NCBI GenBank assembly: GCA_964481485.1
Contig: CAYZVM010000004.1
Location: forward strand, 681-64,680
From: an uncultured Saprospiraceae bacterium
GTDB lineage: Bacteria > Bacteroidota > Bacteroidia > Chitinophagales > Saprospiraceae
Direction of reading: 5' to 3'
Length of the DNA stretch: 64,000 nt
How positions within the stretch are numbered: the stretch's first letter is position 1; every line of letters begins with the position of its first letter. The notes beneath the pieces were generated by a model that saw only the letters and a program-made list of their open reading frames with translations, was not told where the DNA came from and made no database searches. The translations under genes were made by a program, and so were the position numbers. Positions 9,604-17,743 of this stretch are shown here, piece by piece.

Positions 9604-9649
9604 AAAAAAAGCCGCCCGACTCTTCCCAGAACTTCGGACGGCTTTTTTT
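9604..9649. terminator. bidirectional rho-independent terminator
   Basis: A7 - AGCCGCCCGA ... TCGGACGGCT - T7 between the convergent genes 9182..9592 and aceE. Confidence 0.7.
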
Positions 9650-9665
9650 ATTTACAATCAATCAT

Positions 9666-12347
9666 TTACACACTCATCGGCTCCACCTTCTCGCTCTCCA
9701 CGCCATAATTTTTCATAAATTCCAAAACCGCTTTCTCCGTCACCTTGCCTTGTTTTTGCAAAAGGCGAACTGCCGCGAAAGCGATGTATTTCGGCGAAAT
9801 CTCGAAGTAATCGCGCAGATTCTCGCGGCTATCGGAAAGGCCAAAACCGTCGGTGCCGAGCGCGATGAAATCCTGCGGCATCCACGGGGCGAGTTGTCCA
9901 GCCGTGAGTTTTATCCAGTCGTTGGCACTGACAAACACGCCTTCTTCATCTTTCAGAGCCTGTTGGACGTACGGCGTTTTTTCTTCTTTGCCGGGGTGGA
10001 GCAGGTTCCAGCGGTCGCAAGAAACAGCATCGCGGTAGAGTTCCGTCCATGAAGTCGCGCTCCAAACGTCGGTGCTAACGCCTTCTTTTTCAAGGATTTC
10101 AGCGGCTTTCAACACCTGTTCCATAATGACACCAGAGCCAAAAAGGTGCGCCTTAGCGCCGTCTTTGGCTGGTTTTTTCTCAGATTTTTTGTAACGGTAC
10201 AAGCCGCGTTTGATGCCCTCCTCGACTCCTTTCGGCATTTCGGGCATCAGCAGGTTTTCATTGTAAAGTGTGATGTAGAAAATCTTGTACTCGTTCTCTA
10301 CATACATCCGCCGCAGGCCATCGTGTACGATGACCGCCAGTTCGTAAGCAAACGCCGGGTCGTAGGTGATGACCGAAGGAACCGTCTGCGCGATAATAAT
10401 CGAATGGCCGTCCTCGTGTTGCAGGCCCTCGCCGTTGAGCGTGGTGCGGCCAGCCGTGCCGCCGAGCAAAAAGCCCTTTGCCATCATGTCGGCAGCTGCC
10501 CACACGAGGTCGCCCACACGCTGGAAGCCAAACATGGAATAGTAGATGTAAAACGGCACCATCGGCAGGCCGTGCAAAGCGTAAGCCGTGCCAGCCGCCG
10601 TGAAACTGGCTGTCGCGCCGTCCTCGTTGATGCCTTCTTGCAGCACCTGGCCTGTCTTGGATTCTTTGTATTTGATAACCGAAATGCCGATTTCGAGCGG
10701 GGTGTAGAGTTGGCCTTTTTGGTTCCAAATCTGCACCGAGTTGAACATTGGTTCCATGCCGAAAGTCTGCGCCTCATCAGGGACAATCGGCACAATATAT
10801 TTTCCAACTTCTTGATTCCGTACCAATTGGGTCATGATGTCCACCATCGCTCCAGTGGTGGAAACCGTCTTTCCGGCTTCGCTGCCTTTCAGTTGTTTTT
10901 CAAAAATATCAAGACCTGGCAAGTTGAATTTCTCGTACACATCCGAGCGTTCTGGTAAAAAGCCGCCAAGTGTTTTACGGCGTTCGAGCAGGTATTTCGT
11001 CTCCGGGGCGTCGGGGGCTGGAAACCAGAATTTGGCAGCCTTTGCTTCCTCATCGGAGAGCGGAATGCCGTAGCGGTTTTTGGTTTCCACGCGGCTGTCG
11101 TCGCTGAGGTCTTTGGTCTGGTGGGCTTTGTTTTTGCCTTCGGCGGCTTTGCCCATGCCGTAGCCTTTCACCGTTTTTACGATGACTGCGACGGGTTTGT
11201 TGGATTTCACGGCACGAGCATAAGCAGCAAATATTTTCTCTGCATCGTGGCCGCCGCGCCGCATTTTGGCGAGTTGTTCGTCAGAAATATCGGACAACAG
11301 CACCGTGATTTGCTCGCTCAATTCATCACTGCCAATCAGCAGTTTACGGGTCACAGCACCGTCGTTGGCGGAGGCCATTTCCTGAAATTGACCATCTACG
11401 AGCCGTTCAAAACGCGAGAGCAAAACGCCCTCTTCGTCTTTTGCCAAAATTTCGTCCCAGTCGCTGCTCCAAATCACTTTGATGACTTCCCAGCCCGCGC
11501 CGAAAAAGTGGCGTTCCACTTCTTGGATGATTTTGCCATTGCCGCGCACAGGGCCGTCGAGACGCTGCAAATTGCAATGAACGACGAACACCACATTGTT
11601 CAAGTTCTCCCGGCTGGCGAGGCCAATCGTTCCGTAAATTTCCGGTTCATCAATTTCCCCGTCGCCGATGAAATGCCAGACTTTGCCGCCGTTTTCAGGT
11701 TTCAAGCCTCTGGTTTCCAAATATTTGTAAAAACGCGCCTGATACAAAGCGGTCATCGGGCCAAGCCCCATGCTGACGGTTGGCGCTTGCCAAAACTTTG
11801 GCATCCGGCGCGGGTGCGGATAACTCGACACGCCGCCCAATGTCTCTTGTCGGAAGTCAGCAATCGCTTGCATTGGCAAACGGCCTTCCCACACGGCGCG
11901 GGCATAAATGCCCGGCGAGGCGTGGCCTTGGAACATGAACAAATCGCCGCCGTAGTCTGCCGAACGTTTGCGCAAGAAGTGGTGGAAAAGCACCTCCGTC
12001 ATCGTCGCCGAAGCCGCGTAGGTGGCGATGTGGCCACCGAGCGCGAGGTCTTTATCCTGCGCTTGCAGCACCATTGCTTGGGCGTTCCAGCGGATGATGT
12101 TTTCGATGCGTTGTTCGAGCGCGAGGTCGCCAGGGTAAGCCGGCTGGTCTTCTGGCGCGATGGTGTTCAGGTATGGCGTGTTCAAAGCCGGGCCGCCGTT
12201 GCCCACGCCTTTTCGGGCGATGAGATAGCGGAGGCGTTGGAAAAGTTCTTCCGTTCGGCCTTTGCCCTGACTTTCAAGGACTTCTTCGACGGCTTCGAGC
12301 CATTCCTCCTGTTCGGATTTCCAGTCGTCAAGTTGTATGTCTCCCAT
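9666..12347 (-). CDS. aceE: pyruvate dehydrogenase E1 component, homodimeric type
   Basis: About 893 aa from the ATG at 12347 (MGDIQLDDWK...). Length and many blocks are typical of AceE, e.g. GGHIATYASA and GDGEIDEPE. Confidence 0.9.
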   Translation of the reverse strand: MGDIQLDDWKSEQEEWLEAVEEVLESQGKGRTEELFQRLRYLIARKGVGNGGPALNTPYLNTIAPEDQPAYPGDLALEQRIENIIRWNAQAMVLQAQDKDLALGGHIATYAASATMTEVLFHHFLRKRSADYGGDLFMFQGHASPGIYARAVWEGRLPMQAIADFRQETLGGVSSYPHPRRMPKFWQAPTVSMGLGPMTALYQARFYKYLETRGLKPENGGKVWHFIGDGEIDEPEIYGTIGLASRENLNNVVFVVHCNLQRLDGPVRGNGKIIQEVERHFFGAGWEVIKVIWSSDWDEILAKDEEGVLLSRFERLVDGQFQEMASANDGAVTRKLLIGSDELSEQITVLLSDISDEQLAKMRRGGHDAEKIFAAYARAVKSNKPVAVIVKTVKGYGMGKAAEGKNKAHQTKDLSDDSRVETKNRYGIPLSDEEAKAAKFWFPAPDAPETKYLLERRKTLGGFLPERSDVYEKFNLPGLDIFEKQLKGSEAGKTVSTTGAMVDIMTQLVRNQEVGKYIVPIVPDEAQTFGMEPMFNSVQIWNQKGQLYTPLEIGISVIKYKESKTGQVLQEGINEDGATASFTAAGTAYALHGLPMVPFYIYYSMFGFQRVGDLVWAAADMMAKGFLLGGTAGRTTLNGEGLQHEDGHSIIIAQTVPSVITYDPAFAYELAVIVHDGLRRMYVENEYKIFYITLYNENLLMPEMPKGVEEGIKRGLYRYKKSEKKPAKDGAKAHLFGSGVIMEQVLKAAEILEKEGVSTDVWSATSWTELYRDAVSCDRWNLLHPGKEEKTPYVQQALKDEEGVFVSANDWIKLTAGQLAPWMPQDFIALGTDGFGLSDSRENLRDYFEISPKYIAFAAVRLLQKQGKVTEKAVLEFMKNYGVESEKVEPMSV

Positions 12348-12349
12348 GA

Positions 12350-12380
12350 GTGAGAAGGTGAGAATGTGAGAGGGGTGAGA
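12350..12380. repeat. GTGAGA x4 at 8-9 bp spacing (UCUCAC x4 in the aceE leader)
   Basis: GTGAGA at 12350, 12358, 12366 and 12375. On the aceE strand the 33 nt before the ATG contain no G. Confidence 0.8.
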
Positions 12381-12396
12381 TTTTTTAGGTGGTGGG

Positions 12397-12404
12397 CAAA
12401 AGTA
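12397..12404 (-). promoter_or_regulatory. candidate Bacteroidota -7 box (TAnnTTTG) for aceE
   Basis: TACTTTTG on the minus strand about 50 nt upstream of the aceE ATG. No clear -33 TTTG. Confidence 0.4.
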
Positions 12405-12413
12405 GGTGTTTTT

Positions 12414-12453
12414 GGAAAAATGAAACAGGCGAAGCCGGGTTAGCTTCACCTGT
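12414..12453 (-). terminator. rho-independent terminator of the metzincin gene
   Basis: Minus strand reads ACAGGTGAAGC-TAACCCG-GCTTCGCCTGT followed by TTCATTTTTCC. Lies 50 nt after the stop at 12503. Confidence 0.6.
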
Positions 12454-12502
12454 GACAGAGAAAATGAAGGTTAGGTTCGTCAAAAAGTATTCGAATCCAA
12501 AA

Positions 12503-13753
12503 TTAAGGGTCAGAGGAGCATCCTGCACTTGTAATACCCCACCGTCTAAGATGGGCACAAGCAAGTTCTCTTGCTCGTACAATCTGACGTTCCGTGAGAT
12601 TGATATGTGTTGGTACTGGGTTCATGAGGTTTTCTTCTTTAGAATCACTCTCTTCGAACAAGTGCGCTCCGCAAGAAAAATCACTGTATGGGTGATCCAA
12701 GCCAAGATAATGGCCTAATTCATGGGCTAAAGTTAATGGCAAACTGGTTGCTTGTAAATGGCTGAGACCAATGAAATCTGCTTGATTACCGCTTGACCTG
12801 CAAGTACCCGAAGCTCCGCATGTAAACCCTGGCACATCATCAATTGACAAGGATTGGGAGGCAATAAGCGCTCCAAGATATATATGAATACCGGGAGTAT
12901 TCATTCGATCTTCATGATACCTAAACAATCTTGTCAATTGTGGAAATCGACAACTATAGCTTACTTCGGTAGCGTTGTACAAATCCAATTCTAAGCGGTC
13001 ATTTTGTTCAATCACCTCATAAGAGGCCAGCTTAAACTGTATTTTTGCTTGCCTCCAGACTGGGTCAACCGATGAGTATGTTGGTGGCGACCAATCATTT
13101 CGCTCTGTAATTACTGTTGTCCTTACAGGTCGCGTGACAGTTTCTGCTCGCGTTTGGATATTGGGCAAGTCAAACCAACTTCGGACGTTTCTTTCATTCA
13201 AGTAGGAAGGAATGGCAGCTCCGTCACCAGCTGCTTTGAAAATATGGACATTGACTGGAATCACAATGACATCTTCTGATAAGCGGACGTTCCCCCAAGC
13301 TACCACTCTTCCATCAACGTTTAATCTCAACTGCACAGAACTGCCATTATCAGGCAAGGCAATGGGCTGGGTCGTATAGCCGTAGAGACCACTGCTTGTT
13401 GGCAGGACAATAGTTTCATTTGTGATACTAAGAAAGGCATTGTTGCTTAAAGGCAAAAACCAAGGCTCATCGGTTTCAATGAAACTTCTTGTACAGCACG
13501 TCAAGATATCATACCTATCTCTGGTGAATTCCAAATCTCCTACAGTTACTACACCCCTAATACTAGGATTTTCTAAATCTGTGACAAAATCCAAAACACT
13601 ATCTTCTCGGTCGCCAGTCCTGCTCGCAATTCGTACACCTTCAACATCAATTGAATAATCTGGCTGTGTCGGGCAGCTACAGTGGAATATAGTCAGAGAT
13701 AGCGTTCCAAGGCCGAGCGACAAAAATTTGAAATGACAATAGGCGCTTTTCAT
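12503..13753 (-). CDS. lipoprotein with C-terminal metzincin-type zinc protease domain
   Basis: Signal peptide plus Cys. HELGHYLGLDH (HExxHxxGxxH) and a downstream NLMNP Met-turn. GC is visibly lower than in the neighbouring genes. Confidence 0.65.
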   Translation of the reverse strand: MKSAYCHFKFLSLGLGTLSLTIFHCSCPTQPDYSIDVEGVRIASRTGDREDSVLDFVTDLENPSIRGVVTVGDLEFTRDRYDILTCCTRSFIETDEPWFLPLSNNAFLSITNETIVLPTSSGLYGYTTQPIALPDNGSSVQLRLNVDGRVVAWGNVRLSEDVIVIPVNVHIFKAAGDGAAIPSYLNERNVRSWFDLPNIQTRAETVTRPVRTTVITERNDWSPPTYSSVDPVWRQAKIQFKLASYEVIEQNDRLELDLYNATEVSYSCRFPQLTRLFRYHEDRMNTPGIHIYLGALIASQSLSIDDVPGFTCGASGTCRSSGNQADFIGLSHLQATSLPLTLAHELGHYLGLDHPYSDFSCGAHLFEESDSKEENLMNPVPTHINLTERQIVRARELACAHLRRWGITSAGCSSDP

Positions 13754-13874
13754 TTTGTTTTTAGGTTTAAGGTTGTAATTGTCACGATTTCATGGGCTTC
13801 TTTAAAACAAAGTTATCACTACAATCCAGTCCAGTCTTTTGATTAACCAGCTTTTAATTGAGGTTTAATCGGTG

Positions 13875-14867
13875 TCACTTCCTGTACAAATGCACCCACC
13901 CTTCATTTACAGCAAATTTCCCCACCTCATCATCGGATGTCGCGCTGGGTTTTGCCAACTGAGCGACTTGACCGAAAACTTTTTCCACCTCATTGTCAGC
14001 AAACTTTGAAGTGCAAACTTCCGTAGCCGCCTCCGCCACATACCCGTGCAGCAGCGCGTCGTACTGGCGGCGGAACAAATCGGAATGACCGAAAATATCC
14101 ACGCCCAGCACCCGGTCGCCGCACACGACCACCATACCGACCATGTTGGGCAGGCTCGAAATTTTGCCATCGAAATAGCGGAGATAAGCATCACGTTTGG
14201 CTTTGGCTTCGTTGGTCGTTTCGAGCGCGGCATAAGTTTGGGTCCCCGATTCGGCATTGTTGGCGGAGGTCACTTTGGCAACAGCGTTCCACACGGCCTC
14301 TTGATTGCCAGTGCGTTGCACGGCTTGGCGCACCTGCGGGCTTGCCACGTTGTAGTATCCTTTGAAGGCAAATATTTTCTTTTCGTTCTCGGTCGCGGTG
14401 GGATCGTCGTATCGCCAGCGGCCTTTTTCCACACAAAAAACTTCGATATTTTTGACGGTGCCGGGCATCACGACTTGGTCTTGCGAAATGACTCGATCCT
14501 GATTACCGCCCGTCACCACATCGCCCGACATCAGGAAAATAGCGTCTTGACTTTTGTTCTGGACGGTGAGTGCGTTCACGCTGTGTTCGCGGGTGCGACC
14601 AAATTGTTTGAGTTCCGTGATGCGAAAGCCGGGCGTTTTCATGCCCTCCGCGAGGGTTTTTAGTTTTTGCACTGCAGCCTGCTTTTCAAGAAGGGAAGCA
14701 TCGGCCACGATGGGGAAAATCCGCAGGTTTTCATATTGCCACTCGAGGGTGTTTTGAGCAAGCAATTGGAGACCACTTTTGGCAGCGGTAGAAATGACGG
14801 GATGTTCGTTTTGGCAAGCTGCGAAACAGAGCGCGACGAGCAGGAGGGAGAGAAATATTTTTTTCAT
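13875..14867 (-). CDS. lipoprotein resembling the DUF6569 / ARPP-1 family
   Basis: Lipobox LVALCFAAC. Block LRIFPIV...LTVQNKSQDAIFLMSGDVVTGGNQDRV...VFCVEKGRW matches my recollection of the ARPP-1 consensus. Not verified by any search. Confidence 0.55.
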   Translation of the reverse strand: MKKIFLSLLLVALCFAACQNEHPVISTAAKSGLQLLAQNTLEWQYENLRIFPIVADASLLEKQAAVQKLKTLAEGMKTPGFRITELKQFGRTREHSVNALTVQNKSQDAIFLMSGDVVTGGNQDRVISQDQVVMPGTVKNIEVFCVEKGRWRYDDPTATENEKKIFAFKGYYNVASPQVRQAVQRTGNQEAVWNAVAKVTSANNAESGTQTYAALETTNEAKAKRDAYLRYFDGKISSLPNMVGMVVVCGDRVLGVDIFGHSDLFRRQYDALLHGYVAEAATEVCTSKFADNEVEKVFGQVAQLAKPSATSDDEVGKFAVNEGWVHLYRK

Positions 14868-14915
14868 AACTATCTTATTTTTAGGATGTTGAAATGCGGA
14901 TGCTCGACCGGAAGT

Positions 14916-15776
14916 TTACTCCGGCGGTGGAAATGGTTTGTCAACTTTGGGCGGCATCAGCGGATGCTCCCGCCGATATTCCGGTTGCCAAGCATTGGCT
15001 GGCCTAGCATTTTCATACTTGCCAACAGACACGCGCGGCATCTCATTGCGAAGCCCCTGTGCAGTGAAAATAATCAACAGAAAAATAATAGACCAGCCCA
15101 GCCATTCTGGCGGGTTGGATTGCGCCGGGGCACGAAATTCGAGCAGGTCGTCGTCGTCGCCGAGATACGGCTGTGCGGTTTTTGAAGATGTGGGTAATGC
15201 ATTTGCCCCGGGTGACGATAACCTTGACTTGGCAAATTTGGCTTCGTCCAAATCGCGCTGCATTTCTTTGATGACTTTGGAAAGTTGCTGCGTGATTTCC
15301 AAATAGCCCTCTTCCGCGGGCTTGATTTCGGCCAAAGACTTTTTGGGGCCGATGGGCTTGTAACGCGCCAGCCGGGATTTTTCTTTCCAAAGAGACGGCG
15401 ACACTACCACCGGATAAATGCGCGGGCTGAGCCAGTCTCCTTCTATACGGCGTTCGGCTGCCAAAGTGATATCGTCATCTATACGGTTGTCAATGAGCGA
15501 TTTGTAACTCGTCATGAACAGATAGATGTGCGCCCTTTCTTTGCGGCGCTTGTCCACTTTTGCGTATTCTTTTCGCCAATCGTGTGGGCGAAAAAAGGGC
15601 AGAACATAGGAAATCAACTCCCACGGGAGCGACAGGGGCGCTGGTGCTTTGGGTGGGTCGTTGAACCAAATGTTCACCTCGTCGCGCATGGGATAGAGCC
15701 AGTCGCGCAAGGTCAGCACAGCTTTCCGGTCGTCGGGAGCGTAAGAAATATACACGTTCAATTTGACGGGGGTCAT
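14916..15776 (-). CDS. TIR-like domain protein with single C-terminal transmembrane helix
   Basis: ATG at 15776. KLNVYISYAPDDRKAV..NIWFNDPP and IYLFMTSYKSL blocks are typical of TIR_2-type domains. TM helix WLGWSIIFLLIIFTAQGL, then a Pro-rich tail. Confidence 0.6.
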   Translation of the reverse strand: MTPVKLNVYISYAPDDRKAVLTLRDWLYPMRDEVNIWFNDPPKAPAPLSLPWELISYVLPFFRPHDWRKEYAKVDKRRKERAHIYLFMTSYKSLIDNRIDDDITLAAERRIEGDWLSPRIYPVVVSPSLWKEKSRLARYKPIGPKKSLAEIKPAEEGYLEITQQLSKVIKEMQRDLDEAKFAKSRLSSPGANALPTSSKTAQPYLGDDDDLLEFRAPAQSNPPEWLGWSIIFLLIIFTAQGLRNEMPRVSVGKYENARPANAWQPEYRREHPLMPPKVDKPFPPPE

Positions 15777-16017
15777 CGCGGTATCAGTTTTAGTCAGACA
15801 AATAAAAGCACTTTTTTTAACACAACGCAAGTCCTGTGCTTTTCTTCGGCCAGTATTCGGCTAATTTTGCCCGTTCGTCGCATTTTTGAGGTTAGCAATG
15901 GGAATACCCGCTTTTTCGCCCCTCAAAATTGCCATTGAAATCGTTTTGTCATTTAAGCCATTTTAAAAATGCACAATGCGCCACGCGCCGTGCATTGTAA
16001 ACCGTAAACCGTAAAAC

Positions 16018-16563
16018 ATGGTCACCACCAAATCTCTTTTTGCCGCCGATGGGCTGGATGAGCGCAGTCTCGAATTTCTGGCTGGCGCTATCGAAAAAAA
16101 CAACTTGCCCGGCTTTGATTATTTTGAATTCAAACGCGCCATCGTCAGTCTTATGCAAATGAAACTCGACGAACCCACCGCCCATAAAAGCGCCTTTGCC
16201 ACCGCTGCTACTGTGGGCGTCACGAAAGAAAAACTCATCGAGACGGCTGCCTATTATAAAAATGTGGTGGAAAAAGAAAAGGAGCAATTCGACAATGCCC
16301 TCGAAAACCAGAACGCTACAAAAATCACCGCCCGCCGGGAGGAAATCAAACGGCTGCACGACCAGATAGAACGCCACAAGGCCGACATCGTCCGGCTGCA
16401 AGATGAAATCGCCGGGTATCTCAGCCAAATCGAACAGGCCGAAGCCGCCGTGAAACTTGAAGGCGAAAAACTCGAAAAGGCGAAAGCCGCTTTTGAAAAA
16501 ACGCACAAATCCGTCGTCTTGCAGATTGACAAAGACATTGAAGGTATGCACAAGAACTTGTAA
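16018..16563 (+). CDS. coiled-coil hypothetical protein
   Basis: 181 aa. The C-terminal half is a heptad-rich coiled coil. ATG is preceded by the GTAAACC x2.5 word leader. Confidence 0.6.
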   Translation: MVTTKSLFAADGLDERSLEFLAGAIEKNNLPGFDYFEFKRAIVSLMQMKLDEPTAHKSAFATAATVGVTKEKLIETAAYYKNVVEKEKEQFDNALENQNATKITARREEIKRLHDQIERHKADIVRLQDEIAGYLSQIEQAEAAVKLEGEKLEKAKAAFEKTHKSVVLQIDKDIEGMHKNL

Positions 16564-16567
16564 AAAA

Positions 16568-16694
16568 GTTGTTGGTTGATAGTTGATAGTTGTTCGTTCG
16601 CAGAGTTGACTTTTTTGTCATCTTGATGGTGTCCTCTACAAACGAATAACGAGGAACGAACAATAAGCAACGAGCAACTACGAACGAAACACTC
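16568..16694 (+). repeat. long imperfect hairpin between 16018..16563 and the PspA-like gene
   Basis: T/G-rich arm 16568-16600. Central TTTTTTGTCATCTTG...TGTCCTC. CA-rich arm 16640-16690 ends 5 nt before the ATG at 16695. About 24/33 positions are complementary. Confidence 0.6.
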
Positions 16695-17678
16695 ATGGAA
16701 AATAAATCATTCTGGCAACGCCCCGAAGGAATCGCGGGCGCAATATTTCTGATTGGGATGCTTGTGGGCGGCGGTATGTTGTTGAGCCAAATGCTGCCGA
16801 CACTCATCGCACTGGCATCCAATACTTTGTACCTCGCGGGTATGCTGGCCGCGTTGGCAGCCATCATTTATGTAGTGCTCGACCCAAAAGCACGCAATCT
16901 GGTATGGTATTTCTACAAATCCGTGATGCGCTGGATAACGGGCATTTTTGTAAAAATAGACCCGATTTCGGTTCTGAAGTCCTATATGGAGGATTTGGAA
17001 GACACTTTGAAAAAAATGAGCCGCCAAATCGGTGCCCTGCGCGGCCAGATGCGCCAACTCAAGGGCATCATGGACGGCAACAAAGTGGAGATTCAAAAAA
17101 ATATGGCCGTAGCCGAGCAGGCCAAAAAAAAGAGCGACGAAAAAAACATGGCGCTCGCAGCCCGCAAGGCAGGCCGCCTGCAAGATGCCAATGCCAAGTA
17201 CGATGTGCTTTACACCCGCATGGAGGTGCTGTACCGCATCCTGTCCAAAATGTACGAAAATGCAGAAATCGTGCTGGACGACACCAAAGACCAAGTGACC
17301 ATCAAAGAGCAGGAGTACAAAGCCATCCACGCCAGCCATTCGGCCATCCGCTCGGCCATGAGCATCATCAGCGGCGACCCGGACCAACGCGCCCTGTTCG
17401 ACCGGGCATTGGAAGCGCTGGCCGATGATGTGAGCAGCAAAGTGGGCGAAATGGAACGATTTATGGACACCAGTAAGAACCTGATGGCTTCCATTGATTT
17501 GCAAAATGGTGTTTTTGAGGAGGAGGGCTTGAGGTTGTTGGAGCAGTGGGAAAAAGAAAGCCCGCTGCTCGCCCCGCACACAAAAGACAAGAAACCAGCG
17601 GAGAAACCGCTCGACCTGAACAAGCCGCCGAAGGAAATTTTGAAAGACGAGAATGATTATACCAAACTCTTTGAATAG
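16695..17678 (+). CDS. membrane-anchored PspA/IM30-like coiled-coil protein
   Basis: Two N-terminal TM helices, then DPISVLKSYMEDLEDTLKKM...ALRGQMRQLK... The long helical hairpin layout resembles PspA/IM30. Assignment is by eye. Confidence 0.5.
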   Translation: MENKSFWQRPEGIAGAIFLIGMLVGGGMLLSQMLPTLIALASNTLYLAGMLAALAAIIYVVLDPKARNLVWYFYKSVMRWITGIFVKIDPISVLKSYMEDLEDTLKKMSRQIGALRGQMRQLKGIMDGNKVEIQKNMAVAEQAKKKSDEKNMALAARKAGRLQDANAKYDVLYTRMEVLYRILSKMYENAEIVLDDTKDQVTIKEQEYKAIHASHSAIRSAMSIISGDPDQRALFDRALEALADDVSSKVGEMERFMDTSKNLMASIDLQNGVFEEEGLRLLEQWEKESPLLAPHTKDKKPAEKPLDLNKPPKEILKDENDYTKLFE

Positions 17679-17743
17679 CCAGACACCACAAACCGCGCGA
17701 ATTCTTTAAAAATCCGCACCTTTGAGCCGCAAAACTGTACACC

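Noticed and set aside
11121-12353. 410-aa ORF on the plus strand
   Set aside because: It is antisense to aceE and has a low-complexity, His/Arg/Phe-rich composition. It is a shadow ORF.
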